The notes under the pieces are model-generated. The model had not been told where the DNA came from, did not search any database, and worked only from the letters and a program-made list of their open reading frames with translations. Shown piece by piece: positions 51,422-63,400 of a stretch of DNA of 64,000 bases; the stretch's first letter is position 1; each line of letters begins with the position of its first letter. The position numbers and the translations under genes were made by a program. The DNA is from Eledone cirrhosa (lineage: Eukaryota), in contig OZ024749.1 in NCBI GenBank assembly GCA_964016885.1, positions 52,018,001 to 52,082,000 of the forward strand. Direction: 5' to 3'.

Positions 51422-54400
51422 CTTCAGCAGTTCCTAGTTTGTTATAAATATCATCTTACCTTAATAGCGTCTTCAAGATGTGGAAGTGCTTCGTCAAGAT
51501 CCCGTTGTGCGTCATCAGCAATTGCTTGTGTTTCGTCTGCCTTAGCTTTTGCAATGGCTTCATCCTCTACAACAATTTTTCTTACCTGTAGAAATTAATT
51601 AATGCAATATTGTGCTCAGGTGTGTCTGTATGTACAAATGTATTGTACACATACACAATTACACATGAATGAGTTTCTAATTTAGGCATAAAGTCACTAA
51701 TTTTTGAGGAAGGGGAAAGTCGATTATATCAAACCCAGTACTTGACTGATATTTCACTTTATAGACCCCGAGAAGGATGAAAAGCCAAATGGACTGGGTG
51801 CTTTTGTTGTTCTGGCAATGGTGAGGGGAAAAAAAAGTGAACTATCTAAGAATGCAACTGTGAATTAGTTAGTTACCATTGTAACTGTTTAGATCCCCAC
51901 ATCTTTCCTGGTTGACCATTTATATCTACAAGATGCTTCTAGAATGCTATGAACATGACTTTACTTTACTATAATATACCATCAAAGGTGAAGCATACAC
52001 AAACTTCTTGTTCCAGACTTCATGATCTCTCATCACAGCAAGAAGATCCCATCCAGTGACCCAGTGTCCTTCACCAACAGAGTCCTGATGGGGTTATGTT
52101 TGGGCATCGAGTATGACTTCCAAACATATGTTGGCAAGGGACACTGGCCTCACTGGATGGGATCTTCTTGCTGCAATGAGAGATGGGAAAGTCTGGGACA
52201 AGAACTTTATTCATGCTTCACCTTTGGCAGAGGGATGACTGAAGAAGAAGAAGAAGAAGAAGAAGAAGACGACCCAAGAATATAATCATAAGGTATTTGA
52301 AAATGAATTAATCTTTGAATAAATACTCACAGAATCCACTTTATCTTGGTCTAGAACAAGTTTTTCCATGAGAGTGTTTGTGTTGGCTGATTTCTGTTTT
52401 AATTCTGGTTCAAGTGCAACAAGTTCTTTTTTCATTTTAGCTACCGTTTCATTTGTTTCCAACAGTTTCTTCACTCCATTTTTCACTCGAGCTTCAGCAC
52501 TTTTTATAGAACTACATAACAAAAGACAGGAGTAGTTTAATGAGAAAGTGATGGTGGTGATGGTGATAGTGATGGTGTTGCTAATGACAATGATGATGAT
52601 GATGATCTCTTTGAATTTTAGAGAGATATTGTTTTCAATCAACATATATAATTTACAGCATATGAAATTTATCTTTATAAATATCAATTTTTAAGCACAC
52701 ACCTAATAATAATAATAATAATAATAATAATTGTTTCTACTTTAGGCACAAGGCCAGCAATTACCCAGTGCATTACTGGTACAATAATAATAATAATAAT
52801 AACAAAAATAAAATACTTGTAATATTTACTTTCGTTTGTCATTTAACATGGACAGATAGAGATTGATCAACTCTAGGTAACTTGTTGGTGTTGTGTAGTA
52901 ACATCGTTTTAGTTCGTTACGAAATCTTTCAGCAATTGACATAACACTAACGTGTATTTCGACACACATCGTTGATAATTTAGTCTGAAAATATCGAAAA
53001 TAGAAATAGAAGGCTTCATGGTAACATTTGATCAAATAATCTAATCTAATAACGAGGTGTATAAACCTACTAAATGGAAAAAGATGGGAATCAGCACACA
53101 TCCTTTGAAAATAATAAAGTTGAATCAATAACAACAATATGTATTTCAATACATATTGTTGATAATTTAGTCTGAACATATTGAAAGTAATAAAGGTGAA
53201 ACAGTACCAAGAAAGACCTCGGCAGAGGCGGTGAGAGCTGACCTTAAATTGTTGAGACTCACAGAGAAGATGACAATGGAACGTAGTGAGTGGAGAGATG
53301 CTGAGCTGAGAAGGATCCGTTCAACCCATGCAATCGTGGAAAAGTGGATGTAAAAATGATGATGGTGATGATGATAATGATGAGTATTATAATTACTTGA
53401 AATAGAGTGTATTTCATTAGAAATTCAGTCAAGAAAGGGTTAATCTTATGTAGGATAAGTAAAAAAAAAGGTACATTAATTCATATGGTTGTTGTTGTTG
53501 GTATTGTTGGACCTTGTTTTGGTTTGTTTAGATATTTCTACATATTTAGACCTTCTCTGATTTCATTACAAATCAATTTGGAAATATTCACAGAACAAAG
53601 AAATATTTGATAGGAAAACATTTTACCTTCAATGTGTTATCAAAATCTAGTTTTTCAAAGAAAGACTCTGCTACACTTAACAATGCTTCTTTTGGCCATT
53701 GTGTAAACCAATTAATGGTGCAACAGTTTACAAATGAAGGATATGTCCGACATCGTGTTCTGAATGCATTACCAACAGGACTCATACATAATACAAGGTG
53801 AAGATTGTTTCTGAAATAAAGCAAAATTATTCCTTATAAAAACCTGAATCGTAATCGTTTCTAACAGTTGGCACAAGGCCAGAAATTTGAAGGGGAGGGG
53901 AAAGTTGATTAAATCAATTCCAGTGTATTACTGGTACTTTATTTTATTGACCCCTGTAAGGACAAAAGGCAAAGCTAACCTCGGAGGGATTTGAACTCAG
54001 AGTGTAAAAGAACATAACTATATGCCACAAAGCCTGTTGCCTGACGCTCTACCAATTCTGCTAATCCACCACTCTTAATCTGACTAGTATAATAAATAGT
54101 TTGGATGATTTATCAAAATCCATAGTCCAAGAGAGGGACAAGGAAAATCCTCCTTCCTTCTAGTGGCTTCAGGGACTAGAGAAATGGTCCATCGATTTAA
54201 TTGACTTTCCCCTCCCCTAAAACCCAAAATTCTTGGACTTGTGTCTAAACCAGAAACCATTATACTAGTTAGATTAGTTGACAAGGAATTGTAAAAGTGA
54301 AATAGAGACTAATAAGGTTACAAACCTAACTCTGTTGATGCAGAAATTATATATCATATCTCGGTCACCTTCAGCAATGCCAGTTTCTTTCGCTGCTGGT

Positions 54401-57400
54401 CGACATGCAATAATCAACTTTTCGAGTTCTTCAGCATCCAGAAGATTAGGAACTTCACCAGAATTTAAAATATTGTTTATGTCTTCCAACATGTCTTCAT
54501 CCACAATCTAATAAAACAGATATTTGCATAATGAATATATTTAAGTAAGTTATGACACCAAAACAACCACTTTATAGGATGGACCGGGTGCTGTTTGTCA
54601 TGACACCAAAACAACCACCTTACAGGGTGAACTGGATGCTTTTTGTCATGACACCAGAACAAATAAAATTACCTGTGTATCTATAAATATTATTACCTTG
54701 GTATCTATAAATAAAATTACCTAAGTATCTGTAAATATTACCTGGGTATCTGTAAATATTATTACCTGAGTATTTGTAAATATTATTACCTGAGTATTTG
54801 TAAATATTACCTGGGTATCTGTAAACATTACCTGGGTATCTGTAAATATTACCTGGGTATCTGTAAATATCATTACCTGGGTATCTGTAAATATCATTAC
54901 CTGGGTATCTGTAAATATCATTACCTGGGTATTTATATATATCATTACCTGGTTATCTGTAAATAAAAACACTGTTCTTTCATTTTTAGCTGCAACCATG
55001 TCATACACTTTTATCAAATCTTCACGAAATGTTGTATAATCATAGCCTTGCGTCAATTCTATTTGGAAGCACTTATAACCACATATATGAGCAGCTAAAC
55101 TGAAAATATATAATAGAAGTAGTAACCAGCATTAAATATATTTTATTTAAAATTGTATAAACAATATTTCTCTTATGCAAACCATTAACTTATCAGGTTG
55201 GTAACTAAAGGTTTAATATCAGTAAAGTTTAAGAATCTAGTTGTGTTGGTTTGAAGAAAATTTCAAATAATTTCCTTACCGTGTTAAGGATTGTTTTCCT
55301 GTACCACCCACGCCAACCATTAAACCGTTTCCTCTTTCTTGTCGAAGTATTCGAGCTATCCGAGTGATATTTTCAATCGCATCCATAAAAAAGACGAGTT
55401 TCATCATATCTTTGGAAGCTTGTATGTTGAATTCCTCAAGATACTTTGTAAAATAATGAAATAAAATAATATAAATATATAAACCGGTTCATAAGTCAGA
55501 CATATCTAAATAATGGTAAACTTTTGTGAGACAGCATATTCTGAATCAGAACATTCATAGTGCAGTATAATATTTAGTGCAATATAATGGTTTTTCTTCA
55601 TTGTTATTCCTAAACGTTGGTGCATGGCTTGGTGGTTAGAGTGTTGTGCTTGCATTCAGAGAGAAAGTAGAAACACATAAAAAATACCTGTTCAAGAATG
55701 TATTGAATTTTGTTGAGGTCAGGAAGTTCTTCATAGTATTGGTTGGCTTTGTCATTTAGTAAAGAATGGAAATCTCCAAACAAAATAGGCTTTTGAATCA
55801 ATTCATCAGGATCCAGAATCTATAAAACAATCAAGAAAAGATGATTTAGTATTGATTTTTGTATTGATTCAGTATTTGCTGGTACCCAAATGAAATATAT
55901 AAAATAATAATGATAATCATGTAGCCCTGTCACTTCTCAGGGATTTATACCAGAATATTTATCAATTAAAAATTGGGGTTGAGAGTAATGAGGTTTTGTT
56001 ATTTATTGCCAGGTCAGCCATAACTGATTGGAGCTATGATTAAAAACATTTCAGCTGTGACTGTTCAGTTTATATTTTAAGATGGTAATGTGGGATTTGA
56101 GGAAAATTTAGAAATTAATGCTGATAATACAATGGTAGGCGATGAATTTGCAGGGTTGATAGAACATCAGATAGAATGCTTGGCAGTATCTGTTCTGTAG
56201 CTCTCTCCCCTCTCAGTTAAAATCCTGCCAAGGTCAACTTTGCTTTTCATCCATTCGAAGTTGATAAAAAAATGTACAAATCTAGTACTGGGGGTGATTC
56301 TTCCTCTATATCTCTTTCTCACTTCCTCTCTCTCACTCTCTATCCTTCTCAGGAAGAAATATGTGATCAAACCTGGAGAGTAGATGGGCTTCACCAGGTT
56401 TTAAATGCCCAAGAAACTCTGTATGTCAATATGGCACCCCTTCAACTCCTTCAGAAGTCATACATACATATATTACTTTACTTCACTATTTAAATTAAAA
56501 AAAAAACTTGAACTTACCTCTCCAAAATGTCTGCTAACCACTTCAGACAACATATTATAAAAAGACATTTTGTCTTTGATGTTAATTAAACGGTCATGGA
56601 AGACACGTAACGTTTCATGACAAAACAAATTAAAAATTCTTTTTTTGTCACGAACATATCCAGAATCACACTGCAAAATACCTGAAAATAGAGATTCATT
56701 TTATTTTAATAAACTATAATGGAAATAAATAGAAAAAAAAAAAATATTGTTACTACACAAATATCTAAGGTTTAAAACCTTTTTTTCAGTTAAATTTGTG
56801 ATTAACGCTTTAGCATTTAAACCAGCTGTATCTGGCCAGAATTCTCTCACCTCTTTCTATTCAAACTGGTCGTAATCAGCTGCTTATACTTATGTTATGG
56901 TATTGTTCTCAAAATAAATAATATCAAAATCTTGTAGATTCAATATTATATGAGATAAAGCTTTACTGTGAAAATACTATAGTTTATATAGAGTAATGTA
57001 ACTGCTAAAAGGTTAAAGAACCGATCTTTTTCATTAGTTCCTAGAACTAAAAAGAATTTATAGAAAGAAATGGTTACCACTCTAAATATGTTAATATCTT
57101 GCAAGCAGGGAAAAGCGGACGTATGATGATGATGATGATGATGATGATGATCTTACCTTGAATACACTTTGATAAATCTCTTAAATTGAACACATAATGA
57201 GATTTTGTTGGTGTTGGAAGGAAAGTTTTTTTCATTTCATTGAAAACATCAACTGCTGCTGAAACGATGGCTTCTGTACAATTTCGGACATTTTGATGAA
57301 AATCTTGAAAAAAGCCGGTTAATATGGACTGAAAAATGAGATTGAAAATTGTTGTTTCAAGACTGTTGATCTTTTCTTTTTTTTTAATCGATCAACAAGA

Positions 57401-60400
57401 CCCCAGACCTCATTTGTTTATGAAGTGGGGTGGAACTTGTCAAATCAGACCAAGGAAACAATGTTTCCATTGGTCTTTCCATTGTTGATACTATCTACCA
57501 GTCACAACTCCTGGCAGAAGGAGCAATGTGAAATAAAGTGTCTTGTTCAAGGACATAATGCATCACCTGGTCCAGGAATAGACTCAGGAATAGAATAGTT
57601 AAAATAGAAGATCATACCATGAAAATATGTTGAAGGTTAACCTCTGATGGTGAAGGTATAGAAAGCATAGCAAAATGTCTGATGAATCGGTCAGTAACGG
57701 CATTACGGCCAGCTCCAGGTGGCCCACAAGCTGCTGATAAAGTTACATCCTGTAAAATAATTCAGATAAAAGAAGAAAAAATTTTACAAATGTACTAATT
57801 CTGTAATGGCATTTTGTAGTTATTTTGTTTATATATATGTATATATATAATTAAAAATGTGTCATCATTATTGTGATTTGATGTAGTTCACCTTAGTGAT
57901 CTACAGCATGGCCACGTCTAGAATCTATAGGCATCATCATCATCGTTTATATACAAGAGAATATACTGCCGCACAACACACAAAATCATACATAAACCAC
58001 AGCACAGGTTAATGAGGAAACTTCATTGTGGCTGCTCAACCTGATAGAAACAGCAGTCAAACCTCCCTTGAATTTCTCACTCCACTGGTTACTGAACCAA
58101 AAGAAAAAAAACTACAGAAGATTAAAAAAAAAAAAAAAAAAAAAAAAATAATAATAATAATTGTTTCTACTTTAGGCACAAGGCCAGCAATTACCCAGTG
58201 CATTACTGGTACTTTATTTTATCGACCCCGTAAGGATGAAAGGCAAAGTCAAATAAAATGTTTTACGATAATAATAAAGTTTTTTTTCAGAAAATATTTT
58301 TACCATTATTTCTTTCCAAAATAATTTCTCTCTGTCATAAAATCCTCCAAAGTCTAAGAACTGTCGAAGTAATTCAATTGGTTTTTGGCAACCATAATCA
58401 TCGGGTTTAGGTAAATTTAGGTCATCAATGAAAATTATAATTCTCTTGTCAGGTGGAGCCCCTAAAAAAAATATATATATATATGGTTTATATACAAATT
58501 AATATAAGCTTAAAATGAGATAATTATAGAAAATATAACCCCCCCCCCTCCCACACCAAAAATAAAGATTTACTGTATATACTTGTATATAAGCTGAGAA
58601 GTATGACAAAAAGATTTATGGTAAAATGAGGGATTGGCTTATATTTGAAGTTAATATTTTGCCAATTTTCACCAAATTCAAAATTCTACGTAAATGTGGT
58701 GCTAAAATATTTTCACTTTGGAGATGAATATTAGACCAGTTTCAATTTGTAGGTGAAATTTGTATTTCCTATTGTTTTTTTTATATGTTTTGAATGAATA
58801 TGGCTTTCAAAATAGTTGGAAATTGATAAAAAAAATCATTGGAAGTGCATCCAATAGGTTGGCAAATCCGATATTTTATATATAACACACAACATCTAAT
58901 TAATTTGTTTCTGAAAGAACTGCTCTTTAATTATAGAAATCTTACAGACCTAGAATATTTCTTCGTTTTTTCTCCAGTTTTGTTTCAATCATTTCCTGGC
59001 TGCGCTGGCTGCTAGTCTGAGCAGAAAAGTTAACAAATACAGGAAGATATCCTTCCTTTTTCGAGATTTTATTCAATAAGCCGTGACCAATGAGAGACTG
59101 AAATTACACAATAAAAATGATATATACCATATATACTTGAATATAAGCCAAAGAATAAGTGACCCCCAAAAAAAGAATCGATGGTGAAACGTGTATGTGT
59201 GTGGGAGAGTTTATACCTGCCATCTAAACACTGTGTTTAACTGCCTATTATATATATATATATATATCTATAGAAGACTTACTTTTCCAATGCCTGTTTC
59301 TCCACTATATAACACAGGGTGTTTAATATATATATAAATACATCCATATATATATATCCAGGGAGTGTAACGTGGAGTTACTGAAGGTTCACCCAGGTGA
59401 GCACTCGATGTTTAGGTTCACTTCTGTGCCAAGGTGTAGAGCTCATTACCATTATAAGGGGTCTGACGAGCGGGAGATTACAGAGTCGGGCTAGATCGAA
59501 ACGCGTGTCACCAACCAATAAACGTAATGAAGGAGTAACCACTCGTCCTTATTTTATTTTATTATATATATATATATATGTGGAAGACTTACTTTTCCAA
59601 CACCTGTTTCACCAGTCAGTAACACAGGGTGTTTGATAGATAAAAACCTCTGCAGAAGATAACCGTAGCGTAAGGTGTCGACTGTTTGAACCACTATGTC
59701 GTAATAAGGAACACTTCCATCATATTTAAAACTGGGCACAACTTTCTCCCAAAATTCAAACCGTCGTGATTCAAAGTCGATGTAACAACTCCATAGGTCT
59801 CCACTGACAGGAAGCTGAAACAGTAACATAGAGTAACTAGAGGTATATATAATGAAGGAAAGATTTGATAGTAAAGTTATGGAAACATGTATGACTGAAA
59901 AACAGATTTTGTATCATCATCACCACCTCAATCACCATTACCAACAGCAACAAGAACACCACCACTAACATCACTACCACCAACAACGCAACCATCAACA
60001 ACAACATCACCACAGCCAACAACACCACCACAACCATCACCACTAATAACAACACCAACAGCACCGCAAAGAAACAAATAGAAATAAAATGATAAAAACC
60101 CCCACCGGAAACCAGTTGGATAAATGGATGGATGGTTGAATGGCTGGCTGAATTGTTGGATGGACGAATGGATGATTGGTTTGATTGATGGATGGTTAGA
60201 AGGACGGTTGTTGGTTGGTTGGTTAAATGGAAAGCTGTGGTGGAAAAGCTTTATACATACCTTAGCGTCTGCATTATCTTCAAACAAGCTTCTGATGAAA
60301 TTATCAAAAGCATCCCAGTCAGAGTCAACAATGCTACCTCCCAGACCCCAGAGATAACTGAAGATGAATGAGGCACACAATAAGGGATTCAGTTTATTGG

Positions 60401-63400
60401 AATCCATATAGAAATTAATGGTGACTTCATTGTGGAACAGGAGAGATTCAAGTAATTTACATACAGACACTACTTTACTTATGTCAACCTAGAAAAAGAA
60501 TAAGAAAGAAAGAAAGAGTCTTTGTTAATTCATAACATCCTGTAATGATTTAACAGAAAATATCTTTGAGAGTCAGTTGAAAGGTTCATATAAGAATAGT
60601 AATTAGAAATATGTTACCTGTTGTAACAGTAATTACAAGTCTGTTACCTGTTATATAGTAATTAGAAGTGTGATACCTGTTGCAACAGTAATTAGAAGTG
60701 TCTTACCTGTTGTATCGTCTGATGACATTTGTTATTGATAAACTGAAGTCCCTTCTCAATATATTTTTCAAACAAATTAAACAGGTAGTCAGTGTTTTCA
60801 TTTAAAAGTTTATGGTTCCAAATTCTAAACCATTTCTTTACATAAGGCATCCACTTGAGTTGTTCAGTATCAATATAAACCATTCCACATCTAGATTAAA
60901 ATAAAAACCTTGTCTTAATGGAATTGTGATATAAGATTGATAGACAAGATGCCAGACCCCATTAGCTTACTGAGTGGGGTGGAAGTTGTCAAATCGAACC
61001 AAGGAAACAATGTTTCCATTGGTCTTTCCATTGATGATACTATCTACTGGTCATTATTCCTGGCAGAAAGAGCAATGTGAAATAAAGTGTCTCGCTCAAG
61101 GACATAACGCATCACCTGGTCCAGGAATCGGACTTGCAACCTCACAATTGCGAATCCAACTCTCTGACCTCTAAGTCATGCACCTTCACAATTGCGATAT
61201 ATATATATGTGTGTGTGTGCATATGTATACTTGCTATCATAGGCTAGAAATTTAAACTTGCATTTACAAGCAATTTGTGCAGCATTGATTTAGGGAGAAA
61301 TTTCTAAACATCAACATAAATGAGACAAAATGTAAGAATCAAATAAAAGCTTACCATATCTACTCAAATATAAGCCGAGGAATATGTGACTAAAATAAAT
61401 TGATGGTAAAATGGAGGGGAAGTTGGCTTATGTATGCCATCTAAACAATATGTTGATTAGCTGGCTCGGCTCATAAAAGGGGTTTGTTTGGATTTTTGCC
61501 CATTTCTCAGACATAAAATAGGGGCTGGAAAGGTCCAGCTTAGATTCACATCAGCTTATATTCAAGTATATCCAGTAAGTGTATTATATATGAAAAATGT
61601 AGAGGATATTTTACCGACTGACTGTTGCTGGAGAAGCTGCAGCCAAATCCTGAACTTCAAACATCATATGAACATATGGTGTTAGTTGTATTCTTTCACT
61701 ATTGGCAAGACATAACATCTTATTGTCATCTAAGACTGTGTTCATATTCTCAATCCACAGAGCATCAACTGGGCCATCACACACCACCCACTGGTGATGT
61801 TCACTTATGTCCTAAACAAAAGAAAAGAATATTTTGGTTGCACTCTTTTAGCTCATCTCTTTTGTAAAACAAAAATTCTTCTTCTTCGCCAATTAATCCT
61901 GAGAGGGTTGTGTGTATGTGTGTGTGTGTGGGGGGGGGGGGGGGGGGGGGAGTCCTCAAACAGTCCTTCCAGCAGGTCCAGTCAGAAGCTACCATCTCCA
62001 ATTGATATGGCTGAATCCCCAAATGAGACCAGTCAAGCTCATCGATGTTATCCAACCATCTTGCATGGGGTAGGTCTGCCCCTGGGTCTCTTGCCGGTTG
62101 GTTTGCTTTCCGTAAAATCTGTCCAGCAATTCTTTCCCGAGACATTCTAACCACAAGTCCATAGTATCGAAGCTGTGATCTCTCAATGGCTCTACCTGGA
62201 GTGACTCTCTGATCTCTGAGCTATACTCTATCAAGTAACGTTACTTCAAAGAAAGTTAATGAACTAAATATTCAATAACAATAATATTACTTACATTACA
62301 TGCTGCTCTTAAAGTAAGAGCTATAAGACCATCATTCCATTCCATGGTTAGTTTATTAATTCCTCCATATAGTTCTTCAATGTCAATAGATTTAGGATTT
62401 AAGATAAAACAATCAACAGGCCTGTAAAAACTATTTGCTTCTTCAGGTTTATGCAGATTTGTTAAGACATCTTTTAAAACCTGGAACAAAATATTATAAA
62501 AATATACATGGCCGGACTTTTACAAAGTGCTGAGGGAATAAAGTTAATATAAAGAATGGTGTGCTCATGCGTGGAGATGCTATAAAATAGGGTGGAGACC
62601 CTTAAAGATGGAAAAAGAAATTGCCATGTTGTAAAATTTAAGATTTATAAGTTGTTTAACTCTTTAATTACCATATTTCTTAAGACTCAATTAATTTTGA
62701 AAATAGCTAATTAATATAACCAACTTTCTCATTATTAAGCTGGTGTTTGGAACATAACTTAACACAGCTTCTTAGTTAAAATTATGATGGAATGCTTTTA
62801 AATAAATATGAGGGTTGGCTGAAAAGTTCATAGGGTGACTATAAATCTTGTGTGCATTAATATCAACTCTTCTTATTAATAACTGCATTGTTTCTTTCCA
62901 GGGACAATGTTTAAAAATAAACCTCATTTGGTCATTCCATGAGAGTATCTTGGTTAGACTATGAAATTTTCAGCAGACCCTTGTATTACCATTGTTTTTC
63001 TTTTCTTTTTTTGTTGAAGTTAATGCATGCAAGATTTCACAGCTCTAGCATCCCTTCATAGTCAGCCTATGAACTTCTCAGTTCACCCTCATACAGTGAG
63101 CCCCCCCCTCCCCCATATTTCTTACCTTATATATTGTTGTTTTTCCTCCCCCTGTTGGACCAATCAACATGACACCATGTCGAACCAACATTGTCTTGTA
63201 TAATTCAATAACCTTCTTCACCATGGCATTAACAGGTTCAAGTTTATCTTCTTTCATTACGTTGATTATTTCTGCTTCGAAATCTCCGTAGTCATCAACA
63301 GGAATTTCATTTCCAGGGAATAAGTCTTGAAGAATAGCCTAATAATTGGATATTAAACTGGATATATTTTTATGGTAAAATAATTTTTCAGCTAGAAATT

